Assembly (NCBI RefSeq): GCF_963921235.1
Contig: NC_086097.1
Location: 231,076,001 to 231,140,000, forward strand
DNA: 64,000 nt
Direction: 5' to 3'
Origin: Mobula hypostoma
Lineage: Eukaryota
In this document: in pieces, positions 27,360 through 39,751 of the stretch
Layout of the letters: every line of letters begins with the position of its first letter
How positions within the stretch are numbered: the stretch's first letter is position 1
The notes under the pieces: generated by a model
What the model was told of the DNA's origin: nothing
Database searches by the model: none
The model's input: the letters and a program-made list of their open reading frames with translations, nothing else
Translations under genes and position numbers: made by a program

Positions 27360-28333
27360 TTGCACCATAAAACCAACTTGTTTCTGCTCCATCCAGTTCC
27401 AACAAAAAATATTCAATCTGAACCACGAGTCCTCTCCTTGCACATGATCTGCTGAGTATTTTCAGCCTTTTCTAAAATTTATGTTAGTTTTACAGCATAT
27501 GCAGTTCTTTTTATTCTCCTTTCTCTTTGAATTCATTTCCTCATGCCATAAACTATAACACTCCGTTAGTTTTCCAAATTACTTGCTGCTCCTGTACACA
27601 AGCCTTCTGCAAATTTGCACTTCAGGGGTCTGTAACCTCACCACTTAGATGACATACATCTTTCTGTATTTTTTTCCTGGCACAGTTTCCTATATATTCC
27701 ACTTGTCAGATCCTTGGCCATCACTTACATATTCCAAAGCTGCTTCCTTACTGTCTCTTCACAATTTACTTTCCTGCCAGTTTTGTGCCATCAGCAAATA
27801 TTGCAACCGTATCTTTGATGCCTTCAAATCATTTATACAAATTTCAAAAAGGCTAAAATCCCAAGACTAACCCTTTGGTACATCACTACTTACATCTTTC
27901 TAATCAGAATCAGAATGAGATTTAATATCACCAGCATATGTCGTGAACTTATGTCGCAGCAGTACAATGAAATACGTGATAGAGGAAAAAATGGAGTTAC
28001 TTTAAGTATATAAATGTCTAAAATAAATAGTACAATACAACAGGAACTGAAAAGTAGTGAGGTGGTGTTCATGGGCTCAATGTCCAGTTAGAAATCAAAT
28101 GGCAGAGGGGAAGAAGCTGTTCCTGGATTGCTGAGTGAGTGCCTTCGGGCTTTTGTACAGTAACAGTGAGAAGAGGGCCTGTCCTGGGTGCTGGGGATCC
28201 TTAATAATGGACGCCGCCTTCCTAAAGTACCACTCCTTGGAGATGTCTTGGATACTCTGGAGCAGCGGTCCCCAACCACCAGGCCGTGGACCGGTACTGG
28301 GCCGCAAGAAAATGATATGATTTGGCGATATGA

Positions 28334-28552
28334 GTCAGCTGCACCTTTCCTCATTCCCTGTCACGGGCGGTACCTTTCCCTGTCAGCGGCACCTTTCCTC
28401 ATTCCCTATCACGGGCGGTACCTTTCCCTGTCAGCGGCACCTTTCCTCATTCCCTATCACGGGCGGTACCTTTCCCTGTCAGCGGCACCTTTCCTCATTC
28501 CCTATCACGGGCGGTACCTTTCCCTGTCAGCGGCACCTTTCCTCATTCCCTG
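28334..28552. repeat. 48-bp tandem repeat (~4.5 copies) inside the hAT element
   Basis: Unit gtcagcggcacctttcctcattccctatcacgggcggtacctttccct at 28334, 28382, 28430, 28478 and 28526 (partial). Confidence 0.95.
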
Positions 28553-29069
28553 CCGGGCCGCGAGGAAACCTTCCCTCATTACTTGTCACGGCCACTGTTG
28601 AGCCATTAAGCATGCGAGGTCATTACCCGCACGTCATCCATGTCAGCGCGGGAAGGAGATCAACTCCTCGAGCTTGCAAATGATGGTGGGCTGAAAAGTC
28701 TGTTTGACATAACATCTCCGCCGGCATTCTGGATCGAAGTCAAGGCTAAATATCCTGAGATAGCCACGAAAGCACTGAAAACGTTGCTTCCATTTCCAAC
28801 ATTTTTCTGCGAAGCGGAGTTTTCTGCAATGAATGCAACGAAAACTAAACTGCGGAATAGACTGGACATAAGGAACCTCCTTCGAGTATCACTGTCTCCC
28901 ATCACCCCTCGATGGGACCGTCTTGTTGCAGGGAAACAAGCCCAGGGCTCCCACTGATTCAGCGATATTGGTGTGTACAATGATGTTATATATTCATACG
29001 GGGAAAATATGTGCTGTGTGTTTAATGTCCAAACGTTACTTAAAATGTTATGATGCTATTGACTTACTT

Positions 29070-29272
29070 ATATAACCATATAACAATTACAGCACGGAAA
29101 CAGGCCACCTCTGCCCTTCTAGTCCGTGCCGAACGCTACTCTCACCTAGTCCCACCGACCTGCACTCAGCCCATAACCCTCCATTCCTTTCCCGTCCATA
29201 TACCGATCCAATTTTTCTTTAATTGATAATACCGAAACTGCCTCTACCACTTCTACTGGAAGTTCGTTCAAT
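29070..29272 (-). mobile_element. Short CR1 3' fragment nested in the hAT
   Basis: CR1 tail (ccgtgctgtaattgttatatgg) flanked by direct repeat acttactt (29062-29069 / 29273-29280). Confidence 0.8.
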
Positions 29273-30351
29273 ACTTACTTCAAGCTCCCCTGTCCTCCCC
29301 TGATAATTGACTTATCACTATATTCACGCGAGGAAAATATACGCTGTGTGTTTAATATTAAATTTGTTAGATAGACCCTTTTACAAACGAAATTGAGTGT
29401 ATTAGCCACTTCTCACCTATATTCCGGTTGTGATTAACAACCCCCCCCCACCCCTTCCCCCTGAGCAGAGTCGCCAAAAACGATTTGCAGGGGAAAAAAT
29501 CGGCAGGTACAAGAGTGGGCAGGTCACGCATGCGCACTGGTGCCCGCGCAAAGCTTCATGGTCACTGTAGTCTTTCTCTGGGTAAACGCAACGTATTTGA
29601 CTGCTACTCTTGTCCATTGGCAACCTTACACCCACACCCCCCGGGGTCGGCCGGTCCGCAAGAATATTGCCAATATTAAACCAGTCCGCAGTGCAAAAAA
29701 GGTTGGGGACCCCTGCTCTGGAGGCCGGTACCCATGATGAAGCTGACTAATTTTACAAACTTCTTCAATTAGACCCCCCCCCCATACAAAATGGAGATGC
29801 AGCCAGTCAGAATGCTCTCTATGGTACATTTGTAGAAGTTTTCAAGTGTTTTAGTTGACACACCAAATCTTCTCAAACTCCTAATGAAATATAGCTGCTG
29901 TTTTGCCTTCTTTATAGCTGCATCAATATGTTGTGTCCAGGGTTAGGTCCTCAGAGATATTGACACCCAAGAACTTGAAATTGCTCACTCTCTCCAATTC
30001 TGATTCCCCAATGAGGATTGGTTTATGGTCACTCGTCTTACCCTTCCTGCAATTTTTAACTCGCATACTAAGTTTTGATTTAATACTTTATCAAGAGTCA
30101 TCTGGAAATCTAAGGTGCATCCATGGTTTCTCCTTTCTCTTCATTATACGTTACCCCATTAAAGAACTCCAATATATCAGTCAAATTTCATTTCCTGTCA
30201 ACAAAACCATATTGACGGCCTAATTCCCTTTAACTTTTCTAAGTGCCCTGTCATAACATATTTAATAACAATTTCTAACATTTCCTTAATGACAGATGTT
30301 ATGCTAATGGATAGTAGTTTCCTGCGGTTTCCTTAACATTTTGAATATATA

Positions 30352-30528
30352 CACTCAGTTGCCACTTTATTAGGTACACAGATCAATGCAAATATCTAAT
30401 CAGCCAATTATGTGGCAGAAACTCAATACATAAAAGCACGCAGACAGAGTCGAGAAGTTCAGTTGTTGTTCAGACCAAACATCAGAATAGGAAGAAATGT
30501 GATCCAAGTGATTTTGAAAGTGGAATGA
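30352..30528 (+). mobile_element. Tc1-like element 5' end fragment
   Basis: Begins TA|cactcagttgccactttattaggtaca, resembling Tc1-type termini as I recall them. No matching second end found. Confidence 0.55.
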
Positions 30529-30906
30529 CCCTTCATCTCATATTCTCAATATTTATTGCTTATTTATTGTTGTTATTATTTCTTTTTTCCTTTTTTTTTG
30601 TATTTGCACAGTTTGGTGTCTTTTGCACACTGGTTGTCCGCCCTGTTGGTGTGGTCTATCATTGATTCTATTATCGTTATTAGATTTATTGAGTATGCCT
30701 GCAAAAAGGGTTGTATATATTCTGTGATAATAAATTTACTTTCAATTTCAGTGCCAGACGTGGTTTGAATAACCTTGTTGAATTAATGAAAGAATTATTT
30801 CTCATTTTGCCAGCAAAGGTAAATGACCATGCAATTCTTCCAGTCCAGAATTAACCCAACTCCACAGAACAGCTCTGAAGTACGAAGTATATATTGACTC
30901 ACCAAC

Positions 30907-30983
30907 CTTGAGGAGGAGTAAGTGGTTTGCCTTGTTCTTGACACCAGCCCACTGGGTGAATATATGGGCTACTAGCATCACAC
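30907..30983 (-). CDS. L3MBTL: L3MBTL-family exon (not in ORF track in this frame): (W)CDASSPYIHPVGWCQEQGKPLTPPQ
   Basis: 77 nt, phase 2-1, translated by hand. Acceptor cttgtttgatag, donor CAAG|gttggt. Completes the TG|G Trp codon from the previous exon. Confidence 0.92.
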
Positions 30984-31187
30984 CTATCAAACAAGTAATT
31001 AATGCATTATTCAATAAAATTATTAACCAAATTGATCAATTACACCTTATAAAATGGAACCGTTGGAGTATGTATCAGATCTATTGGGATAATATTTGCC
31101 TGAATTACATTATACATTTTGATAGAAGTAAATGTTGTTACCAGTCTAACCAGTCACACTGGAAAATAATGAGACTAGTAATAATTA

Positions 31188-32279
31188 CAAACCCCATTTC
31201 CAGAAAAGTTGGGATATTTTCCAAAATGCAAAAAAAACAAGAATCTGTGATATGTTAATTCACGTGAACCTTTATTTAACTGACAAAAGTACAAACAAAA
31301 GATTTTCAATAGTTTTACTGACCAACTTAATTGTATTTTGTAAATATACACAAATTTAGAATTTGATGGCTGCAACACACTCAACAAAAATTGGACAGAG
31401 TTAAAATAAGATTGAAAAGTGCACAGAAAAGTCATGTTACTGTGAGAATTATAGCCACCTGGGCTCTGGAGTACTTCGGAAAACCATTGTCACTCAACAC
31501 AGTCCGTCGCTGCATCCAGAAATGCAACTTGAAACTGTGTTACGCAAGGAGGAAGCCATACACCAACTCTATGCAGAAACGCCGGCGAGTTCTCTGGGCC
31601 CGAGCTCATCTCAGATGGATGGAAAGACTGTGGAACCGGGTGCTGTGGTCAGATGAGTCCACATTTCAGCTAGTTTTCGGAAAAAACGGGCGTCGAGTTC
31701 TCCGTGCCAAAGATGAAATCGACCATCAAGATTGTTATCAGCGAAAGGTGCAAAAGCCAGCATCTGTGATGGTATGGGGGTGCATCAGTGCCCACGGCAT
31801 GGGTGAGTTGCATGTATGTGAAGGTAGCATTGTCTCTGAGGCGTATATTAGGATTTTAGAGAGACATATGTTGCTATCAAGGCGACATCTCTTCCTGGGA
31901 CGTCCATGCTTATTTCAGCAGGACAATGCCAGTCCACATTCTGCACGGGCTACAGCAGCGTGGCTTTGTAGACACAGAGTGTGAGTGTGCTTGACTGGCC
32001 AGCTGCCAGTCCAGATCTATCTCCTACTGAAAATGTATGGCGCATCATGAAGAGGAGAATCAGACAACGGAGACCATGGACTGTTGAGCAGCTGAAGTCT
32101 TATATCAAGCAAGAATGGACAAAATTTCCAATTGCAAATCTACTACAATTAGTATCCTCAGTTCCAAAACGATTAAAAAGTGTTATTAAAAGGAAAGGTG
32201 ATGTAACACAATAGTAAACATGCCTCTGTCCCAACTTCTGTTGAGTGTGTTGCAGCCATCAAATTCTAAATGGGGTTTG
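31188..32279 (+). mobile_element. Tc1 (DD34E) transposon, internally deleted, TA TSD
   Basis: TA|caaaccccattt ... aaatggggtttg|TA. Transposase has WSDES, VMVWG, FQQDNA and SPDLSPTE, with 34 residues between the second D and E after correcting a 2-nt slip at ~31981. N-terminal DNA-binding region missing. Confidence 0.95.
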
Positions 32280-33580
32280 TATAATATTTAGCTGAAACAT
32301 CAGTTCACCTTTATCATAAAGTATATAACACTGAAGCAGGATATACGGCCCACTGTGCCTTTGGTGGCCATTGAATACCCATCTATACTAATTCCACTTA
32401 CCTTGTCCTTAGCTCATTGCCTTCTATACCACATCATCTCTAGTGAAATGCTTCTTAAATGTTGCTTGAGTTACTGTCACCATCACTCCTCAGAAAGTGC
32501 ATCCCAATATACTTTAAGTGAAAATATTCTTTTTATCTACGAACCTCAGCTTTCTCCACTCAGGGAAAACAAACCCAGCCAATCCAACTTCAACTCATAG
32601 CTGAAACACTCCCATCCTGGGCAATTTTCTGAAGAATTTCATCTGTATCCTCTCTGGTGCAATCACATTCTCAATGTATCTTAGGGCAAATCCAGGGTGA
32701 CCCACATAAGGGGTATATGCATGTCCCCATCTGATTCCTCAATTCAGAACCTGGGTCATTTCTGCCCCAAACCCCAGTTAATAACGCCTGCATTATCTTT
32801 CAACACAGGCTAGTAGGAACATCGTTGGAGCTAACAGATAAACAGTTGGTATTGAGGCTGTGAAGGAATGCAATGTACAATAGGGAGCAGTGGAGGGAGG
32901 GTGGAGATTGCCGGCATGGGAGATGGTGCAATTTAACAAATTTCACAACACGTCAGTGATAATAAACCTGATTCTGATTCTGATGGCAGGAATATCCATG
33001 ACTATGTACTCTGGAGCCTTTTGTTTCAAACTGTCTGCCATCTTGCCACCTAACTTCTGTCACGGTCTCTGCCTGCCACAAGATGTTTTCCTACCCTTGC
33101 TGTATCATAGTTCTTCTTTTCCTCAATGCATTTTGTAAATAACACTATTCTTTGCATTTCTGATTAGATGCTAACTGCATTTCATTGGCTTTGTATCTGT
33201 ACTCGGCACAATGACAATAAAGTTGAATCTATCTAATCTATCTGTCTATTTCCCTACAGACCCACCTTGCAATGCCAACTTACCTCATGTTTTCTAATCT
33301 CACTTCCTCTTTCCCCTTTTTTTCCATCAATGTAGATGTCCACACCCTTTTCAGAGCCCACTTTGCATGTTAACCACATAGCATATCAGTACTATTCAAG
33401 CATTATTTCAGTATTCCCTTCTTCCCTCTCTTTATTTCAACTGCCTGCTTTGCCATATGTCACATTGTCAGCTTTAACCAGGCAGAAGAAACACCTCACC
33501 AAAGTTCACACTATCGGACCTTCAGGACTTGGTGTATGTATCTAAATTCTATATGGGAATACAGTACCAAGAATTCTCAC

Positions 33581-33732
33581 CAGTAATCATACGTGTCATC
33601 CCAGTTATCAAAATGCACCAAAAAACGATGGTCAATTATATCTGTGACTGTTGCAACACATATCAGGGAGGGATTCTTTCTGTCAACCGCCTCCAGCTTC
33701 ATTCCTATTCGAAATCCTGAAGGAGTGATTGT
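33581..33732 (-). CDS. L3MBTL: L3MBTL-family exon: TITPSGFRIGMKLEAVDRKNPSLICVATVTDIIDHRFLVHFDNWDDTYDY(W)
   Basis: 152 nt, phase 0-2. Acceptor tatttctcacag, donor TG|gtgaga. Holds the MBT2 methyl-lysine pocket residues (D of AVD; F, W, Y of HFDNWDDTY). Confidence 0.95.
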
Positions 33733-35254
33733 CTGTGAGAAATAGATAGAAACTGTGTGAGAGGAAATGAAAATGGTAGTTTGAAGTTCTAAAGTAGTTA
33801 CATAATGCGTCCTTGACAAAACATGCTGTTTGATATTTAGAAATAGATGTCAGTAGACCTGCATAGATAGGAAGCTCGACAGACCTGTCTCCCATGGAAA
33901 TTTATTTCTATAGATCATATAATTCTCCATTTATAGTTCTGTTTCAATTAAATGTAATAATCACAATTCTTTGCAGAAGAATAATCATCAAATCAAGCAT
34001 ACATATGCTCTACATCACTTTTTGCAAGTTTTGACGATACCAGGAAGTGTTACTCCACTCCCATTGATTGAGGGTATCTGATAGAAATTATTTTGCCACT
34101 TTATTGATATGCTCAAGAATGTATTTGTCACAAAGTCAGTCAGTCATGGAGTCACACAGCACAGGCCCTTTGCCCCACCATGTTCATGTCACTCACTGTA
34201 TTTATCTATGTTAGTCCCATTTATCTGCATTTGGCTTGCAGCCTTCTATGCCTCATCATTTCCCCAGATTTCTCTTAAACATTGTTAGGTTACCATCTCC
34301 TCAGGTAGCATGCTCCATCTTCCAACCACTCCGCGTGGAAATAAAAACATGGTGGCATAGCGGTTAACACAACGCCTTACAACACAGACGACCAGGTTTA
34401 ATCCCCACCACCGTCTGCAAAGAGTTTGTATGCACTTCCCAGTAACCACAAGGGTTTCCTCCAGGTACTCCAGTTTCCTCCCACAATCCAAAGACATACC
34501 GTTGGGTAAGTTACTTGGTGATAATAAACTGTCCGATGATTAGGCTAGGGTTATTTGGGGGGATTTCTGGGTGGGCCTATTCTGCACTGTATCTTCAAAA
34601 AATAAACATCATACCTCTCACATTAAATCTACAGAATACCCTCTTGTTTTATGCAGCACCAGCATGGGAACAAAGATTCTTATCACCTATCCTGTGTAAC
34701 TACCACATTTGTTTTTAAATCTATCAAGTCACCTTCAGTCTCCTCTGTTTTAGGGAAATCAAGCCTGGCCTATCCAATCTCTTCCGACAACCAAAATGGT
34801 CCAGTCCAGGCAACACTCTGGTGAGTCTCTTTCGCAACTTCACCATCTCCAGTGTGATCACATCCTGCTAATAGTGAGGCCACTGGAGCTGTACACAGTA
34901 CTCCAGTGGTGATCCAACTGATGTTTTATTAAGTTATAACATTAACCTACTCTATTCTTCTGATAAAAACAAGCATCCTATCCTAGCTACCTGTGCTGCC
35001 ATTTTGAGGGACCTATTAACTTGGAACCCAAGGTCCCTCTGCTCAAACAATATATACTGTGTGTGTCCTACTCTCCTTTAACCTTCTAAAATGCATCACT
35101 TCCCACTTGTCAGGATTAACTTCCATCTCTCATTGCTCCAAACAGTTTCCAGCTGATCAATATCATCCTGCAGGCAATGGCAATGCTCCTTGCTATTTAG
35201 AACACATATTTTGTGTCATCTACAAAGGCAGTAATCATACATCTTACACTTTGA

Positions 35255-36365
35255 CGAGGTCACACATTGGCGGCTGGTCAAGTAGGTTCAATTGCTTGGC
35301 ATTCAGGATGAGGTGGTAAATTGGATTAGACATTGGTTTTTTGGGAGACACCAGTAAATGGTAGTTGAGGGTTGCCTCTCTGACAGGAGGTCTGTGACTA
35401 GTGGTGTGCTGCAGGGATCAGTGCTGGATCCTCTATTGTTTGTCATCTATATCAATGACCTGGATGATAATGTGGTTAACTGGATCGGCAAATTTGCAGA
35501 TGACACCAAGACTCGGGGTGTAGTGGACAGCGAGGAAGGCTATCATGGCTTGCAGGGGGATCTGCATCAGCTGGAGAAATGTGCTAAAAAATGGCAAATG
35601 GAATTTAATGCAGACAAGTGCGAGGTTTTGCACTTCGGCAGGACCGACCAGAGTAGGTCCAGCGCAGTAAACAGTAGGGCACTGAGGAGTGTGGTAGAAC
35701 AAAGGAATCTGGAATACAGGTCCATAATTCATTGAAAGTGGCGTCACATGTAGATAGGGTCATAAAGAAAGCTTTTGGCACATTGGCATTCATAAATCAA
35801 AAGCATTAAGTACAGGAGTAGGGATGTTATATTGAAGTTGTATAAGGCGTTGGTGAGGCCTAATTTGGAATATGGTATGCAGTTTTGGTCACCCACCTTC
35901 AGGAAAGATGTAAACAAAGTTGAAAGGATGTTGCCAGGTCTGGAGGACCTGAGTTATAAGGAAAGATTAAATAGGTTAGGACTGTTTTCTTTAGAATGCA
36001 GCAGATTGAGAGGAGATTAGATAGAGGTATAGACAGGGTAAATGCAAGCAGGCATTTTCCACTGAGGTTGGATGGGATGACAACTAGAGGTCATGGGTTA
36101 AGGGTGAAAGGTGAGAGGTTTGAGGGGAACATGAGGGGAAACTTCTTCACTCAGAGGGTCTTGAGATCGTGGAATGAGTTGCCAACACATATGGTGCATG
36201 TGAGCTGGAGTTCAACATTTAAGAGAAATTTGGATAGGTACATGGACAGTAGAGGTATGGAGGGCTATGGTCCTCGTGCAGGTTGATGGGAGTAGGCAGT
36301 TTAAATGGGTTTGGGAAGGACTAGATGGGCTGAAGGGCATATTTCTGTGCTGTACTTCTCTGTAA
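35255..36365 (+). mobile_element. CR1 fragment inserted among older minus-strand CR1 debris (~34140-37080)
   Basis: SGVLQGSVLDP, KFADD, WQMEFN and TRGHG..FFTQRV; several frameshifts. Confidence 0.9.
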
Positions 36366-37085
36366 CTTATACAAATTGGTTAACATGTATTACAAATATC
36401 AAGGACCCCAGCTCTAAACGGTGTGAAACACTTTGGTCACAACTTTCAATCAGAAAAACAAACCTTCACCACCTTCCTATGCTTCCTATTACCAAGTCAA
36501 TTTTGGATCTAATTTGCCATTTTGCCTTCTGGGTTTGCCTATGGGTTCTAACCTTCTGGTAGAACTACCATGCAAGACGTTAGAGATGACATCTAGTGCA
36601 CTGGCCTCATCAATATGCTTGGATTAACTATATTAAAAAAAACTTCAATCAAATTACTGAGACAGGATTTCCCATGAACAAAACTCTAATCAATCCCTAC
36701 CTTTACATGTGTAAATAAATCTTGTCCCTCTGAATTTGTTTCTGTTAATTTCCCTACCATTGAGGTCAACTCATTGACCTGACATGTGCATATTTACCTT
36801 TTAGAATATCCTCCAGTCATCTGATACCTTACCTATGGTGAGCAAAGATGAAGAAAATCTCCATCAAATTTCAATCTCCTCCCTTACCCATAACAGCTTG
36901 AGATGCATCTTAACAGGTCTTGTGGATTTATCCACCTTAATTTGCTCCAAGATATATAACAACTCCTCCATCTTAATACTAATGTACTCGTGAATATAAT
37001 TATATCTCCTAAATGCCCCCCAACTATCACTTTTGTCTTAATGAGTACAAATGAGAAGAATTCATTTAAGACCTCACCTAAATTA

Positions 37086-38610
37086 GAAACCTAGAAACAT
37101 AGAAAACCTACAGCACAATACAGGACCTTCGGCCCACAGAGTTGTGCTGAACATGTCCCTACCTTAGAAATTACTAGGCTTACCCACAGCCCTCTATTTT
37201 ACTAAGCTACATGTACCTATCTAAAAGTCTCTTAAAAGACCCTAGCGTATCCGCCTCTACCACCATTGCCAGCAGCCCATTCTACGCAATCACCACTCTC
37301 TGATTGATGAAGGCCAATACACTGTACTCCTTCTTAACCACAGAGTCAACCTGCTCAGCTGCTTTGAGCGTCCTATGGACTCGGACCCCAAGATCCCCCT
37401 GATCCTCCGCGCTGCCAAAAGTCTTACCGTTAATATTAAATTCTGGCATCATATTTGACCGCCCAAAATGAACCACTTCACACTTATCTGAGTTGAACTC
37501 CATCTGCCACTTCTCAGCCCAGTTTTGCATCCTACCAATGTACCTCTGACAGCCCTCCACACTATCCATAACACCTCCAACCTTTGTGTCATCAGCAAAC
37601 TTACTAACCCATCCCTCCACTTCCTCATCCAGGTCATTTATAAAAATCACGAAGAGTAAGGGTCCCAGAACAGATCCCTGAGGCACGCCACTGGTGACCA
37701 ACCTCCATGCAGAATATGACCCGTCTACAACCACTCTTTGACTTCTGTGGCCAAGCCTGTTCTGGATCCACAAAGCAAGGTCCCCTTGGATCCCATGCCT
37801 CCTTACTTCCTCAATAAGCCTTGCATGGGGTACCTTATCAAATGCCTTGCTGAAATCCATATACACTACATCTACTGCTCTACCTTCATCAATGTGTTTA
37901 GTCACATCCTCAAAAAATTCAATCAGGCTCGTAAGGCATGACCTGCCCTTAACAAAGCCATGCTGACTACTGCTAATCATATTATACCTCTCTAAAAGTT
38001 CATAAATCCTGCCTCTCAGGATCTTCTCCATCAACTTACCAACCACTGAGGTAAGACTCACTGGTCTATAATTTCCTGGGCTATCTCTACTCCCTTTCTT
38101 GAATAAGGGAACAACATCTGCAACCCTCCAATCCTCCGGAACCTCTCCCGTCCCCATTGATGATGCAAAGATCATCACCAGAGGCTCAGCAATCTCCTCC
38201 CTCGACTCCCACAGTAGCCTGTGGTACATCCCATCCGGTCATGGTGACTTATCCAACTTGATGCTTTCCAAAAGCTCCAGCACATCGTCTTTCTTAATAT
38301 CTACATGCTCAAGCTTTTCAGTCTGCTGCAAGTCATCACTACAGTCACCAAGATCCTTTTCCATAGTGAATACTGAAGTATTCATTAAGTTCCTCTGGTT
38401 CCATACACACTTCCCCACTGTCACACTTGATAGGTCCTATTCTTTCACGTCTTATCCTCTTGCTCTTCACATACTTGTAGAATGCCTTGGGGTTTTCCTT
38501 AATCCTGCTTGCCAAGGCTTTCTCATAGCCCCTTCTGGCACTCCTAATTTCGTTCTTAAGCTCCTTCCTATTAGCCTCATAATCTTCCAGATCTCTAACA
38601 TTACCTAGCT
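37086..38610 (-). mobile_element. CR1 fragment with internal deletion
   Basis: ORF 37282-38229 (NYRPVSLTS, DFSKAFD, GVPQGS, FADD) jumps from AFIN directly to QRVV at ~37302. Confidence 0.93.
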
Positions 38611-38806
38611 CTTTTGGATCTCCCCCTCCCCCTCCCACTTTCAAATCGCTTACTATCTTTTCTTTCAGTTGGTCCTGGCGAAGGGTCCCGGCCCGAAATG
38701 TCGACTGTACCTCTTCCTGTAGATGCTGCCTGGCCTGCTGCGTTCACCAGCAATTTTTATACGTGTTGCTTGAAATTCCAGCATCTGCAGATTTCCTTGT
38801 GTTTGT
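38611..38806 (+). mobile_element. Penelope-like terminal fragment with decayed hammerhead motif
   Basis: Closely similar to 3460-3620. Confidence 0.75.
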
Positions 38807-38807
38807 G

Positions 38808-39751
38808 TCTTGTGACGCAATCAGCAATCGCCTCTGATCTGAGCCGACAATTACATGCCAGGCGGCACCTAATTAATTAGCATGTTTATTTCGGCTTTTT
38901 TCTTAAAGATGTGCTGTGTGCCTCCTGGCTACCGCTGCATTCTCCGCGAATCGGTATCTGTCCAGGGCCCGGGGGTTGGGGTGGTGAGACACTGAGGTGT
39001 TATCTGTTTCCATTAGGGCAGGCAGCTCATCTTCTTCTATCTCTACCCGCCTTGATGTCGAAGGTCGAGGTTCGTCGTCTGCTGTGGCTGATGTGGAAGG
39101 CTTGCTTGACTGCTGAGTCTCGCGCATTTTTCTATCATACAGTTCTTTGTAAGCACTCAAAGCATCTTGCAAATACTGTATGTCCTAAACTGACATACCC
39201 TTTCAAAATTAAAGTCTTACTTTATCATTGCAGCAAAAGTCTCACGTAGTTGCTTCACATTCAGTTCCTGGACAACTTCACCTTCGGTCCGTTTGCTACT
39301 GTATTCGGTTTCGATTGTTATCCTTTCCTCTTCCAGTTGCATCAGCTCTTCATCTATCAGTTCTTGGTCATGGGATGCCAAAACCTCTCCAACATCATTT
39401 TCGTCAACTTCCACAAGCCACTCACTTTGTCCTTACTTCATTCACCACGAATCGAAACGCTTAATTATGTCTAGTTTTACACTAAGTGTAACACCCTTAT
39501 GAGCTCTTTTAGGCTTTACCGATACTTTAGAACTCATCAGGCTAACGGCTGCTCACAGGCACGTGTTTAAGCAATGCCAGCTAGAATGGCGTTCCAAATC
39601 CAGGGGAGAGTGGTTGTTCGGGGCACGCGGCGCGCTGCCTTTCTTCATAACAGTGAAAACACCTTCTGTTAGCGAAAACAGGGAACTAATGTAGGTCTTT
39701 CGTAACAGTGAGGTTTCGTAAAGCGAACGTTCGAAAAGCAGGGGACACCTG
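38808..39751 (-). mobile_element. Tigger/pogo-like DNA transposon remnant (one terminus only)
   Basis: Terminus TA|caggtgtcccc on the minus strand at 39751. Acidic Tigger-like C-terminus EVDENDVGEVLASHDQELIDEELMQLEEE and ..YKELYDRK. Confidence 0.8.

Larger units (their letters stand above)
28263..29715 (+). mobile_element. Internally deleted hAT (Buster/Charlie-type) DNA transposon
   Basis: 15-bp TIR cagcggtccccaacc / ggttggggacccctg (one mismatch). Perfect 8-bp TSD ctctggag (28255-28262, 29716-29723). ORF 28640-28957 is the hAT dimerisation C-terminus (YPEIATKALKTLLPF..CEAEFS..KTKLRNRLD..KQAQGSH). Confidence 0.95.
27902..30050 (-). mobile_element. Rex1/Babar-type LINE fragment hosting the hAT insertion
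   Basis: KAASIIKDPQHPG...NSFFPSAI left of the hAT. The LINE sequence resumes right after the second TSD (29724 onward). (attctg)n tail at ~27902. Confidence 0.75.

Noticed and set aside
28188..28683. Repetitive ORFs (LSLSAAPFLIPYHGRY)n as a novel protein
   Set aside because: They are a by-product of a 48-bp (multiple of 3) tandem repeat inside a deleted transposon.
28640..28957. ZBED/Buster-derived host gene exon
   Set aside because: It sits between intact TIRs with a perfect TSD and only the C-terminus remains.
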